51,033 bases of DNA from Streptosporangiaceae bacterium (GTDB taxonomy: Bacteria; Actinomycetota; Actinomycetes; Streptosporangiales; Streptosporangiaceae): contig DATHQE010000268.1 in the NCBI GenBank assembly GCA_035483035.1, forward strand, positions 1-51,033, in the 5' to 3' direction. Below are positions 1 through 9,135 of this stretch, piece by piece. Positions within the stretch are counted from its first letter, which is position 1, and each line of letters starts with the position of its first letter. Under the pieces are notes generated by a model. That model ran no database searches. It worked only from the letters and a program-made list of their open reading frames with translations, and was not told the origin of the DNA. Both the position numbers and the translations under genes were made by a program.

Positions 1-630
1 TGCGGGACCGCGACCATAGGCAACCCCGAGACCGACCCGGAGACAATGGCCCGCACGGTCGGCAAGGCGGTCCCCGACACCGAGGTCCGCGTGGTCGATG
101 AGCGCGGCAAGCACCTGCCACCCGGCCAGAGCGGCGAGGTAGTAGTGCACGGATTCAACGTGATGCAGGGCTATTTCGAGGATCCTGAGGCCACGGCCGC
201 GGCCATCGACCCTGGCGGGTGGCTGCATACCGGCGACATCGGCACGTTCGATCCAGACGGCAATCTCCGCATCACCGATCGGCTCAAGGACATGTTCGTC
301 GTCGGCGGTTTCAATGCCTATCCGGCTGAGATCGAACAGACGATCTCCCAGCATGAGGCCGTCTCCGAGGTGCACGTCATCGGGGTACCCGACGAGCGAC
401 TGGGGGAGGTCGGCCGAGCGTACGTGATCCCGCGGCCAGGGCAGCACGTCACCGAGGAGGACATTATCGCCTTCTGCCGGCCCCGCCTGGCCAACTTCAA
501 GGTGCCACGTTCGGTGCGCATCGTGGACAACGTGCCGCGCAACGCGTCGGGGAAGGTGCTCAAATTTGACCTGCGGCGGCAGGCGGGCGAGGAGAAGGGG
601 CGGGCATCCGCAAGTGGCGACCATAACTGA
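1..630 (+). CDS. AMP-forming acyl-CoA synthetase/ligase (FadD-type, ANL superfamily), C-terminal part; 5' end lies upstream of the window
   Basis: Frame 1 is open from nt 1 to TGA 628-630. Motifs GWLHTGD, DRLKDMFVVGGFNAYPAEIE, ANFKVPR and terminal PRNASGKVLK are hallmark C-terminal motifs of adenylate-forming ligases. Confidence 0.9.
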   Translation, partial: CGTATIGNPETDPETMARTVGKAVPDTEVRVVDERGKHLPPGQSGEVVVHGFNVMQGYFEDPEATAAAIDPGGWLHTGDIGTFDPDGNLRITDRLKDMFVVGGFNAYPAEIEQTISQHEAVSEVHVIGVPDERLGEVGRAYVIPRPGQHVTEEDIIAFCRPRLANFKVPRSVRIVDNVPRNASGKVLKFDLRRQAGEEKGRASASGDHN

Positions 631-1063
631 AGACGAGCTGCGCTGGCTGGCTGACCAGCTCGAGATCCGCAACCTGGTGGCGCGGCTGGCACAACTGGCT
701 GACACCGGAGACCTGTCTGACTACGCCCGCTGCTTCGCAGCCGACGCGGTCTGGGTGCCGCCCGCGGACGCTGGGGTGGCCGGGGTCGGTGGCGCCCAGG
801 CGGGCATTGATGACATCGTCGCGGGCGCACAGTCGCGACGCGATCTGGGCATTCAGGGACCAGGGTCGAACACGCGGCACGTAGTCTCGGTGACCACGCT
901 GCAGCGGGTCGACGCCAGCCACGCGCTAGGCCGTACATACTGGCGCTACTACGTCCATACGAACGCCCAGCCGCAATTGCTGACCATGGGCCACTACGAC
1001 GACCGGTTCATCCGAGGGCCTGCGGGCTGGCTGCTCGCCCGGCGCGAGACCACTCGAGGCTGA
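614..1063 (+). CDS. NTF2-fold / SnoaL-like small protein
   Basis: ORF 566-1063. In-frame GTG at 614 gives VATITEDELRWLADQLEIRNLVARLAQLADTGDL..., typical of SnoaL_4-like proteins, and overlaps the ligase stop by 17 nt. Start choice is uncertain. Confidence 0.7.
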   Translation: MATITEDELRWLADQLEIRNLVARLAQLADTGDLSDYARCFAADAVWVPPADAGVAGVGGAQAGIDDIVAGAQSRRDLGIQGPGSNTRHVVSVTTLQRVDASHALGRTYWRYYVHTNAQPQLLTMGHYDDRFIRGPAGWLLARRETTRG

Positions 1064-1093
1064 CCAGCGGCGAGGGTCACTGGGCGATGGACG

Positions 1094-1846
1094 TCACTGT
1101 GCGATGGTCCAGCCGCCGTCCACGGGCAGCAGCACGCCGTGAATGTAGGACGCTAGCGGGCTCAGCAGGTACAGGATTGCCCACGCGATCTCGTCTGGGC
1201 TGGCGAGCCGGTGCAGTGGCATCCGGGCGAGCGCGCGCTGGCCGACATCGCTTGCAGTGAAGCCGGCTAGCCGTGGGGTGTCCGTCATACCGGGCGCCAC
1301 CGCGTTCGATCGCACGTCATCAGTCCGGTATGCGGCCAGATGCCGCGTGTAGCCCATGATCCCGGCCTTGGCAGCGCCGTACCAGTCCGGCTGGGTACCG
1401 ATGATGTTGCCCGCCACCGAGGCCACATTCACCAGTGCGGCACCGTCGTGCTTGCCGCGGGCCAGCCAGGCTTCTGTCACTCGTCGGACGCTGCCGACGC
1501 AGAGGGCTAGGGCCCTGTCGAACTCCATGGCTGACGCACTGGCGGGCCCGGCGTTGTTCACGAGGTACCGGGCCTCGCCCACAGCGGCGGCCGAACGAGC
1601 GAGGGCAGCAGTGACTTGCGCGTCGTCTCCCACATCAGCCGTGCAGGCGACACCCTTGCCGCCCGCCGCCTCAATGGTGGCCACTGTCTGTCTGACGGTG
1701 TCAGGATTGAGGTCCCAGGCCGCCACCGCGAGGCCAAGCTCAGCGGCGTGAATGCTGGTGGCCCGCCCGATTCCGCTGCCGGCGCCGGTCACGATGACGA
1801 CGTCCCCAGCGGCGAAGCCGAACGATATTGCAGTGGCGCTAGTCAT
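1094..1846 (-). CDS. Classical short-chain dehydrogenase/reductase (SDR)
   Basis: 250-aa ORF with TGAGSGIGRAT cofactor motif, NNAG, and YGAAKAG (Tyr-x3-Lys). Confidence 0.9.
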   Translation of the reverse strand: MTSATAISFGFAAGDVVIVTGAGSGIGRATSIHAAELGLAVAAWDLNPDTVRQTVATIEAAGGKGVACTADVGDDAQVTAALARSAAAVGEARYLVNNAGPASASAMEFDRALALCVGSVRRVTEAWLARGKHDGAALVNVASVAGNIIGTQPDWYGAAKAGIMGYTRHLAAYRTDDVRSNAVAPGMTDTPRLAGFTASDVGQRALARMPLHRLASPDEIAWAILYLLSPLASYIHGVLLPVDGGWTIAQ

Positions 1847-1891
1847 GCCGATCCGTCTCTCCGTCGGTGAAAGGTTTGGTGCGAGCTGTCA

Positions 1892-1905
1892 AGCAAGCGC
1901 TTGCT
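1892..1905. promoter_or_regulatory. KstR2-type operator box 1: AGCAAGCGCTTGCT (perfect 14-bp palindrome)
   Basis: Lies in the 101-nt divergent region between the SDR start (1846) and the TIM-barrel gene start (1948). Abuts a TACATT -10-like hexamer (1905-1910). Fits AnCAAGnnCTTGnT. Confidence 0.75.
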
Positions 1906-1947
1906 ACATTAGGCAGGATACCCATGTTCCTACTAGCAGGAGTGGCG

Positions 1948-2748
1948 ATGCACCCGCGGCTGTCCGTCAATACGCTGGGTTTCGGACCAGGTCCGATCAG
2001 GACACGACTGGACCTGCTAGCGGCGCAGGGCATCACGCGCCTCGGCGTTCCCCTCGATCAGCTCACCGACGGGGATCTGCACGCCAACCTTGCAGCGGTG
2101 CGCTCGGGCGGCTTCGAGATCGTGACCAGCGTCATCCCGTATGCCTTCACCCTGACACAGCCGGGCTGCTGGCCGGCGGAGCGGGACAGGCTGCGTGCCG
2201 GTCTGGACGTCGCCGCCGAGGCCGGCTGCCGGGTGCTGTACACCACGACCGGGCCGGCCGGAGATCTGACCTGGCAGCAGGCGGCGGCGCGGTTCATTGA
2301 CGCGGTGGCTCCGGTGGCAAGTTACGCACAGACCCTGCCGGTCAGGTTCGCCTTTGAGAACACTGCCACGATGCGAGTGGACCTCGGATTCGTGCACGTG
2401 CTTGCCGACGCTGTCGACCTGGCCCGTGAGGCCGGACTGGCCGTGTGCGCGGATCTGTTTGTGGCCTGGACGGACCGGCACTTGCAGGAAACGATCGCCC
2501 GCTCGGCCGCAGACTTCGCGATGGTGCAAATCGCCGACTTCGTTGTGGGTACCCGGATGACGTCGGATCGGGCCGTACCCGGCGACGGCAGCGTACCGAT
2601 CGGCCGGCAGCTGGCCTGGTTGCAGGAGGCTGGCTATCCGGGTCTAGTGGAGCTCGAACTGCTCGGCCCCCGGATAACAGCCGAGGGTCCGGCACAGGCG
2701 GCGGCGCGGGCGCTGACCACCATCACGCCGTTGCTCGTGCGCGCGTAA
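1948..2748 (+). CDS. Sugar-phosphate isomerase/epimerase-like TIM-barrel protein (xylose isomerase-like fold)
   Basis: ORF 1867-2748. ATG 1948 is preferred because AGGAG (1937-1941) precedes it and the longer ORF would include operator box 1. The pattern RLSVNTLGF...FAFEN...VELELLG resembles AP_endonuc_2/IolE-type proteins. Confidence 0.75.
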   Translation: MHPRLSVNTLGFGPGPIRTRLDLLAAQGITRLGVPLDQLTDGDLHANLAAVRSGGFEIVTSVIPYAFTLTQPGCWPAERDRLRAGLDVAAEAGCRVLYTTTGPAGDLTWQQAAARFIDAVAPVASYAQTLPVRFAFENTATMRVDLGFVHVLADAVDLAREAGLAVCADLFVAWTDRHLQETIARSAADFAMVQIADFVVGTRMTSDRAVPGDGSVPIGRQLAWLQEAGYPGLVELELLGPRITAEGPAQAAARALTTITPLLVRA

Positions 2749-2788
2749 CCGCTTGGTCCGGTGCCGCAAGCGGCACCGGACCAAGCGG
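2749..2788. terminator. Bidirectional terminator-like hairpin between convergent genes
   Basis: Perfect 19-nt inverted repeat CCGCTTGGTCCGGTGCCGC / GCGGCACCGGACCAAGCGG separated by AA. It sits exactly between TAA 2746-2748 (+ gene) and the stop at 2796-2798 (- gene). There is no U tract. Confidence 0.7.
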
Positions 2789-2795
2789 CTCAGAC

Positions 2796-4010
2796 TCAGG
2801 ACGAGCCGGGTGCGCCGAACTGACCGTCGATGACCTTGGACGGCTGCACGAAGGCAAATGCCGTTGGGTCGATATTGGCCGCGTGCGAGGTCGCGCTGAA
2901 GTGGTAGGCCGGGAAGATCGCGGTCTGGTAACTACCAGCCGGCAGTGACTGCACGGCGTGAGCGATCTTGGCACCGTCGGTCGTCGTATCCGCCGCCTTA
3001 GCGCCGGCCGCGGCAAGAATGACCGCGTCGTAGGCGTAGGCGAGGATGAGCGGCGCGGGTATCGGGCCTAGGGCCTTCATCCCCTTGATCATGTCGGTCA
3101 CCGCCGCGGGCGCGTGGGCCGAGTACACCGTGCTCGCAAAGACCAGTGCCTTGGCGTCGCTCTCCAGCGCAGTGCCCAGCATTCCGGTTGGCGGTGGCGA
3201 GGTGATCACCGGCGAGACCATGAAAGCGTCGTCGCCGAGCAGCGGAACCTTCCACTGCAGACGGTTCAGATCGTTGAGGACGTACCCCGACGGCGCCCCG
3301 TACGAGGAGACCACGAGGACGTCGGGATGCCCTGCTTTCAGCGCCGACAGCTGCGGCGTCAGGTCGAGCGCGGTGAGCTCGAACTGCTGGTCGCCCGTCA
3401 TTTTGAGCCCCTGAGCCTGGCACTGCGAGGCGATCGCGGCCGCCTCCGGGTCGGCGAAAGCGTCGTCACCGTGGAGGATCGCGAACGTCTTGTACCCCTT
3501 GGCCTTGATCGCCGGGCAGAACGCTGCGGCGTAGTTCGGGGTCGACGGCGACAGGTCGAAGTTGTAAGGCGAGACCTTCGGATCGCTCGAGGTGGCCGTC
3601 GGGGCCTGGTTGAACGAGACAATCTTGTTCTGGGTCAGGATCGGCAGTTCTGCCTCGGCCTCGGGCGAGGCGTCTGCCTGGATGAAGACGGCGGGCTTAT
3701 CGCTGCTAGCGAGCGCGCCCTGCAGCTTGGTGACGGCGGTCGTCGGGTCACCGGCGTCGTCTTCCACGGTGAGCTGGACCGGGTGGCCGAGCACGCCTCC
3801 TGCCTTGTTGACGACGGCCAGGGCGGCCTTGGCCGCGTTGACCGCAGTCTGGGCGTTGGGGCCTAGTACCGAAGAGCTGATGGGCGCGACGAGCAGGATC
3901 CGCAGCGGCTGCGCCGCGGTCGAACTCGAGTTGCCGCTCGAACTACCGCATCCGGATGCGGTGGCTCCGAGAGCGGCCACCGCCATCAATGCGACCAAAG
4001 ACTTTCTCAC
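2796..4010 (-). CDS. ABC transporter substrate-binding lipoprotein, LivJ/LivK (type I periplasmic binding protein) family
   Basis: ORF 2796-4052. GTG 4010 is preferred because GAGGAG lies on the minus strand at 4018-4023. The N-terminus VRKSLVALMAVAALGATASGC is a signal peptide plus lipobox. The remainder resembles branched-chain amino acid/amide binding proteins. Confidence 0.9.
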   Translation of the reverse strand: MRKSLVALMAVAALGATASGCGSSSGNSSSTAAQPLRILLVAPISSSVLGPNAQTAVNAAKAALAVVNKAGGVLGHPVQLTVEDDAGDPTTAVTKLQGALASSDKPAVFIQADASPEAEAELPILTQNKIVSFNQAPTATSSDPKVSPYNFDLSPSTPNYAAAFCPAIKAKGYKTFAILHGDDAFADPEAAAIASQCQAQGLKMTGDQQFELTALDLTPQLSALKAGHPDVLVVSSYGAPSGYVLNDLNRLQWKVPLLGDDAFMVSPVITSPPPTGMLGTALESDAKALVFASTVYSAHAPAAVTDMIKGMKALGPIPAPLILAYAYDAVILAAAGAKAADTTTDGAKIAHAVQSLPAGSYQTAIFPAYHFSATSHAANIDPTAFAFVQPSKVIDGQFGAPGSS

Positions 4011-4035
4011 TCGGAGTCTCCTCAAAGGGTTGTCT

Positions 4036-4049
4036 ACCAAACGCTTGCT
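4036..4049. promoter_or_regulatory. KstR2-type operator box 2: ACCAAACGCTTGCT (one mismatch)
   Basis: About 26 nt upstream of the binding-protein start (4010, minus strand). On the minus strand it is followed by a TAGACA hexamer. Confidence 0.6.
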
Positions 4050-4257
4050 CAAGGCATGCTAGAGACCAAGCTCGGAGTCCGTCCAGGTATCTCGTCAGTC
4101 AGGTTGGATCAGCCGAAAAATTGTTTCCTCACCGTTATCAACTGACTGTGATCAGGCGTGCCGCCAGGCGGTGGGTGGAGTACGCCCAGTTCGGCGCGCG
4201 GCCGTGCGGCCGACCTCGCCTGCGATGTTGCAGCAAGTCGTTGGGCCAGAAGACGTG

Positions 4258-4271
4258 ACCAAGCGCTTGAT
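4258..4271. promoter_or_regulatory. KstR2-type operator box 3: ACCAAGCGCTTGAT
   Basis: Perfect CAAGCGCTTG core, 128 nt upstream of the permease start at 4399. A weaker relative, AGCAAGTCGTTGGG, sits at 4232-4245. Confidence 0.75.
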
Positions 4272-4398
4272 TATGTCCTAAAGTCGGTGCGGGCTCGAAG
4301 TTCACGTGGGAACCCTGGCGGGACGTTCGTCCTGGTTGACAAGCTATGACCGACTTATCGCTACAGTCGGAATTCCAGCGGAAAGGACGTAACGCCCG

Positions 4399-5256
4399 AT
4401 GGATGCAGTCTGGTCTGGCCTTGCGCTTGGCGCGGTCTACGCGCTGGTAGCGCTCGGCTACCACATTGTGTTCGTGTCGTCGAACGCCTTCAACTTCGCG
4501 CACGCGCAGCTGATCATGCTGGGCACCTTCATCGTCTACTGGGGGTCGGTCACCCTCAAGCTGCCGATTGGTCTGGTCTTCCTGCTGGCAGCGGCGATTG
4601 TGGGCGGCGTCGCGGTCCTCGAGGAACGCACCGCGATCCGCATCGTGCGCGGCACGGAAGGCCAGCTGGTCACAACGCTGGGATTCGCGACGCTGCTGAA
4701 CGGTGCCACCCAGGTCATCTGGGGAGGTAGCCCATTGCAGGTGCCGTTCTTCGGCTCCTCCAACGTGCTGGTCGTGCTGGGTGGCCACGTATTCCCGGAC
4801 GATCTGATCCTCATGGGCGTGGCCGTCGTCCTCACGATCGGTTTCGTGCTCGTCAGTCGGATGACTGTGCTGGGAATCGCCCTGCTCGCTGTCTCCGAGG
4901 ACCGCGAAGCCGCGCTGATGCGCGGCATCAACGTGCGCGCGCTCGGGATCGGCGCGTTCGCGGTGTCCGGGATCGTGGCCGGCCTCCTCGGGCCGCTCAT
5001 CGGACCGAAGACGTTCGCCGTGGCCACCCTCGGATCCGATCTTGCGCTCAAAGGCTTCGTCGCCATGGCGATCGGCGGCTTCGGCAGCGCACCCGGCGCA
5101 CTGATCGGCGGTTTCGCCGTCGGTCTTATCGAGTCAGAGGCGGGTCGTTACCTAGGCGCGTCCTACTCGAATCTGATGATCTTCGCTGTGCTGCTAGGCG
5201 TGCTACTCCTGCGGCCTACGGGCCTGTTCGGGCATGCCCGCGAACGGATGGTGTGA
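4399..5256 (+). CDS. ABC transporter permease, LivH type
   Basis: 285-aa hydrophobic ORF. MDAVWSGLALGAVYALVALGYHIVF...NFAHAQLIMLG is the typical LivH N-terminus. Confidence 0.9.
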   Translation: MDAVWSGLALGAVYALVALGYHIVFVSSNAFNFAHAQLIMLGTFIVYWGSVTLKLPIGLVFLLAAAIVGGVAVLEERTAIRIVRGTEGQLVTTLGFATLLNGATQVIWGGSPLQVPFFGSSNVLVVLGGHVFPDDLILMGVAVVLTIGFVLVSRMTVLGIALLAVSEDREAALMRGINVRALGIGAFAVSGIVAGLLGPLIGPKTFAVATLGSDLALKGFVAMAIGGFGSAPGALIGGFAVGLIESEAGRYLGASYSNLMIFAVLLGVLLLRPTGLFGHARERMV

Positions 5257-5260
5257 GGCC

Positions 5261-7084
5261 ATGGACGTGCTCTCGGTCGCGCGACGCATTCCGACGTGGC
5301 TGCTGCCGCTCATCGCGGCCGTCATCGTGATCGCCTTCCCCTACCTCGGGGCCCAGTCCCCGGTGCAGCGGCAGGTGATCCTCATCTGCAGCCTGGCCTT
5401 GCTTGTCAGCGGCCTTAACCTCAGCCTCGGATACGCCGGCGAACTCGCACTCGGGCAAGCCGCGATCTACGCCTGCGGCGCGTACATGACCGGCTACCTT
5501 GGCTCCCACGGGTACACGGACATTGTGCTGCAACTGGCGTGTGCCATCGCAGCCGCGCTGGTGATCGGACTTGTGACCGGCATCCCCGGCCTGCGACTGG
5601 GCGGCTGGGCCCTGGCCATGGTGTCGTTCTTCCTGGTCCTGCTCGTGCCTGACATCCTGCAGCTTTTCGCCAACCAGACCGGCGGGGCGCAGGGCCTCAC
5701 CGGTATCGCGTCCCCCAGCCTGCTCGGGAAGACCCTCACCCCGAACGGCTTTTACGTGTTCGCCACGACAGTGACGGCGCTCTGGCTGCTAGTGCTGCGG
5801 AACCTGGTCACCTCACGGCACGGGACGGCGTTCCGGGTGCTGCGTGAGAATCCGGTGCTGGCATCATCGGTCGGCATCTCGGTGTTCCGCATGAAACTGA
5901 GCGCGTACGCGATCGGCGCCGTGCCCGCTGGCATCGCCGGCTGCATCTTCGCCAACCTTGACCAGTACCTGTCGCCCGACTCGTTCGGCTTCGCCTTGGC
6001 GGTGTCCATACTGGCCGCGTCCGTTCTGGGCGGGTCGGCCAGCATCTACGGCGCCGTGGTCGGTGCTGTCATCCTGACGCTGGGCCCGCTGGAATCGACG
6101 TCGTTCCAGCAGTATTCGCTGGTGGTCTACGGATTGCTGCTGCTGGTGGGCGGCATCGTGCTCTCCATCGGCATCGCGGGCGTGCTGCAGCGGGTCTGGG
6201 CTAGGGTGCAGCGGCGCTGGCTTCCGCCCGCGCGGTCGGCCCCCTACGAGGGTGATTTGCTGCCTCGGACTGCAGGGACTGCGCTGTCGGTTGATCATCT
6301 GGTGAAGTCCTTCGGCGGTGTGAACGCCTTGCAAGACGTCTCGCTGGTCGCCCAGCCTGGCCAGGTAACCGCCCTCATCGGCCCGAATGGCTCCGGCAAG
6401 ACGACGCTGCTCAACTTGATCTGCGGCTACTACCGCATCGACGGCGGCACCATCAGCGTCGGCAAGGAACAGACCACGCACCGGCCGTACCGGATAGCCC
6501 GGTCGGGCGTGGCGCGAACATTCCAGACGCCGTCGATCCCGCGGGAGATCACCGTGGCCGAGGCGGTGCGGGCTGGCCGGTACGCCACACAGCGTGCCGG
6601 CTTCGTGCCCGCCGTGCTCCGGCTGCCGTCCTACCGTCGCGCGCGGGCTAGTGATGTGGAGGAGGCCAGACGCGTCCTGGCCCTGGTCGGGCTCGCCGAC
6701 CAGGAGAACGAGATCGCCGCGTCGATGCCGCTCGGAACGCGCCGTTTGCTGGAGGTCGCCCGGTGCGTCATTGCGCGTCCCAAGGTGCTGCTGCTTGACG
6801 AGCCCGCGTCCGGCCTCGATGAGAATGAGGTGGAGCGGCTGGCCGGCCTCATCCGCAAGATCAGCGACAGCGGCGGCACGGTGGTGCTCGTCGAGCACAA
6901 CTTCCGGCTCGTGCTGTCGGTGGCGGACCAGATCTATGTCCTGGCTCGAGGCCAGATCATCGCGGAGGGCCCGCCGTCCGTGATCGAGGTTCACCCCGAG
7001 GTGCTGACGGAGTATCTAGGCGTCAGGGTCCCGGAAGCGGACGACTTGCTGCGCACCCCCTCGGAGGTGGCTGACAATGACTGA
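5261..7084 (+). CDS. Fused LivM-type permease and LivG-type ATPase
   Basis: ORF 5234-7084, with ATG 5261 preferred. The N-terminal ~330 aa is multi-TM and LivM-like (LNLSLGYAGELALGQAA). The C-terminal part has Walker A GPNGSGKTT, a signature-like MPLGTRRLLEVAR and Walker B LLLDEPASG, all in one frame without a stop. Confidence 0.85.
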   Translation: MDVLSVARRIPTWLLPLIAAVIVIAFPYLGAQSPVQRQVILICSLALLVSGLNLSLGYAGELALGQAAIYACGAYMTGYLGSHGYTDIVLQLACAIAAALVIGLVTGIPGLRLGGWALAMVSFFLVLLVPDILQLFANQTGGAQGLTGIASPSLLGKTLTPNGFYVFATTVTALWLLVLRNLVTSRHGTAFRVLRENPVLASSVGISVFRMKLSAYAIGAVPAGIAGCIFANLDQYLSPDSFGFALAVSILAASVLGGSASIYGAVVGAVILTLGPLESTSFQQYSLVVYGLLLLVGGIVLSIGIAGVLQRVWARVQRRWLPPARSAPYEGDLLPRTAGTALSVDHLVKSFGGVNALQDVSLVAQPGQVTALIGPNGSGKTTLLNLICGYYRIDGGTISVGKEQTTHRPYRIARSGVARTFQTPSIPREITVAEAVRAGRYATQRAGFVPAVLRLPSYRRARASDVEEARRVLALVGLADQENEIAASMPLGTRRLLEVARCVIARPKVLLLDEPASGLDENEVERLAGLIRKISDSGGTVVLVEHNFRLVLSVADQIYVLARGQIIAEGPPSVIEVHPEVLTEYLGVRVPEADDLLRTPSEVADND

Positions 7085-7889
7085 GCCCCAGAACGGTCCG
7101 GCCTCGCCGGACGTCACGCAGCCACCGGCTGCGACGGGGCCGGCCGCATCGCCCGGTGCGCCGCTGCTGAGCGTCAATGAGCTGGCAACCGGCTACGGTG
7201 ACCTGCGCGTCGTCTGGGACGTCTCGTTCGAGGTGCGTCCCGGACAGGTCACGGCCCTGCTAGGGCGCAACGGCGCTGGCAAGACCACCACACTGCGGGC
7301 GATCGCGGGACTCAATCGGGTCCAGGGCGGATCAGTGCTGCTGGAGGGCCGCGACATCGCCGGCCTGCCGCCGCACAAGCGCATCCGGGCTGGCCTGGGC
7401 TTCGTGCAGGAGAACAAGAGAGTGTTCAAGCGCCGCACTGTGGAAGCGAACCTGATGCTGGGCGGGTACACCCGGAGCATCGGGCGCAAGGGACTGATGA
7501 AGGCGGTCGACGAAATCTACGAGCTCTTCCCGGTCCTGCGCGGGCGTGCGACCACCACGGCAGGGCAGTTGTCCGGCGGGCAGCAGCAAATGCTGGCGAT
7601 CGGCCAGGCGTTGATGGGCAAGCCAAAGCTGCTGATGCTCGACGAGCCTTCCTCGGGCCTGGCGCCCTCCATCGTGAGCGAGGTGATGGGGAGCGTGGCG
7701 GCCCTCAAGTCAGCCGGGCTGGGGATCCTGCTCGTGGAGCAGGCCGTCGAGGCAGCCGTCCGCGTCGCCGACCAGATCGCTGTCCTCGACGTGGGGCGGA
7801 TAGTCATGTCCGGCGCAGCGAGCGAGATATCCGACCTGGAGATCATCCAGGACGCTTACTTCGGCCGCGTTCGAGAGCGCCCGCAGTGA
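7077..7889 (+). CDS. ABC transporter ATPase, LivF type, with Pro/Ala-rich N-terminal extension
   Basis: Walker A GRNGAGKTT, signature LSGGQQQM, Walker B LLMLDEPSSG. The start overlaps the upstream stop (ATGACTGA). Confidence 0.9.
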   Translation: MTEPQNGPASPDVTQPPAATGPAASPGAPLLSVNELATGYGDLRVVWDVSFEVRPGQVTALLGRNGAGKTTTLRAIAGLNRVQGGSVLLEGRDIAGLPPHKRIRAGLGFVQENKRVFKRRTVEANLMLGGYTRSIGRKGLMKAVDEIYELFPVLRGRATTTAGQLSGGQQQMLAIGQALMGKPKLLMLDEPSSGLAPSIVSEVMGSVAALKSAGLGILLVEQAVEAAVRVADQIAVLDVGRIVMSGAASEISDLEIIQDAYFGRVRERPQ

Positions 7890-7929
7890 GGATGGACGAC
7901 TCCGCGTCAGGTACGGCAGCGGAGCGGTT

Positions 7930-9081
7930 GTGACCGGGCCGCTGGAGTCGGTGAACGTGCTCGACCTCGGCACTCTCGGGCCCGGCGCGCGGGCCGTCAG
8001 AATCCTGTCGGACCTGGGCGCCGCAGTGGTCCGGATCGGCGCTTTGTCGGGCGCCTGGCAGCTCCCCTTCTACGCCTACGGCGGCATGCGCGGGGTCCGG
8101 CGCTGCCAGGTCGACCTGCGCAGCGAGGCTGGCCGCGCCGTGGCGCTCGACCTGGCCGCCGTGGCTGACGTGGTGGTGGAGGGGTTCCGTCCCGGCGTCG
8201 CGGACCGGCTAGGCGTCGGATACGAGGCGGTGCGCGCCGTGAGCCCGTCGGTGGTCTATTGCTCTGCCACCGGATTCGGGCAAGCTGGCCCGCGAGCGGG
8301 GTGGGCCGGCCACGACCTGAACTACCTGGCCTTGTCCGGGTTCCTCGCCGTCGGCCAGCCGCTCGAAGACAGCCGGCCCGCGCTGCCCGGCGCCACGATT
8401 GCGGACGCCGCCGGCGGCGGCATGTCTGCCGCACTGGCCATCGTTGCTGCCCTGGTCCGGCGTGCTCGCACGGATTCCGGTGCCTACCTGGATGTGGCTG
8501 CAACTGACGGGATGCTGGGCGTCATGGCGATGCATCTGGAGAACCACCTCGCGACCGGCGCGGACGTCACCTATGGCGCCGACGTCATCACCGGCGCCTA
8601 CGCTTGCTACGGCATCTACGAGTGCGCCGACGGGCGGTTCCTGTCGGTTGCCGCCGTGGAGCCAAAGTTCTTCGCCAACCTGTGCCACGCCCTCGGGCTG
8701 GCGGAGCTCATCCCGCTCCAGTATGCGGACGACGAGCAGGAGCGGGTTCGGATCGCGCTTGACGCTGCTTTCGCCGGCCGCGACCGCGACGACTGGGTCG
8801 ACAGCCTGAGCGGCCGGGAGACCTGCGTCGCCCCGGTGCTCACGGTCGCCGAGGTCGTGACGGACGAGGGCTTCCGCGAGCGAGGCGCCTTCGTGCTGGC
8901 CGAAGACCCGGTCCGCGGCCAGTTCCGGCAGCTAGGGCCGGTGATCGCTGGTGCGCGGCGACCCGCGGAACCGGTCCTGCTGCCCGGGCAGGACGTGTCC
9001 GACACAGACGAGGTGCTGGCCGGTGTTGGCTACTCCAGCGACGACATCGACCGGCTGCGGCGGGAGCGGGTCGTCAGGTGA
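7930..9081 (+). CDS. Family III CoA-transferase (CaiB/BaiF/alpha-methylacyl-CoA racemase family)
   Basis: GTG start preceded by GGAGCGG. N-terminal VNVLDLGTLGPGARAVRILSDLGAAVVRI and internal VVEGFRPGVADRLGVGYEAV are typical of the family. Confidence 0.9.
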   Translation: MTGPLESVNVLDLGTLGPGARAVRILSDLGAAVVRIGALSGAWQLPFYAYGGMRGVRRCQVDLRSEAGRAVALDLAAVADVVVEGFRPGVADRLGVGYEAVRAVSPSVVYCSATGFGQAGPRAGWAGHDLNYLALSGFLAVGQPLEDSRPALPGATIADAAGGGMSAALAIVAALVRRARTDSGAYLDVAATDGMLGVMAMHLENHLATGADVTYGADVITGAYACYGIYECADGRFLSVAAVEPKFFANLCHALGLAELIPLQYADDEQERVRIALDAAFAGRDRDDWVDSLSGRETCVAPVLTVAEVVTDEGFRERGAFVLAEDPVRGQFRQLGPVIAGARRPAEPVLLPGQDVSDTDEVLAGVGYSSDDIDRLRRERVVR

Positions 9082-9135
9082 GTCTCGTCTGGTGCGGGCC
9101 GGACCCCCGGATCGCCGACAGCATCGGAGGTTGCC

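Noticed and set aside
4096-4148. Imperfect inverted repeat CAGTCAGGTTG ... CAACTGACTG with a 32-nt AT-rich loop in the importer control region.
   Set aside because: The stem is bulged and the loop is long. It is not repeated elsewhere and could simply be promoter-region sequence.
4158-4349. Small ORFs (63 and 100 aa) inside the 388-nt divergent region between the binding-protein and permease genes.
   Set aside because: They have no Shine-Dalgarno, a junk-like composition, and they overlap the operator boxes. The region is better explained as a divergent promoter region.
5864-6994. Long antisense ORFs in the track, e.g. 5864-6994 (376 aa), 318-938, 9553-10296, 11015-12007, 18806-19738, 33512-34498 and 35366-36004.
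   Set aside because: They lie opposite well-supported genes and are Arg/Pro/Gly-rich with no recognisable motifs. They are the usual shadow ORFs of high-GC DNA.
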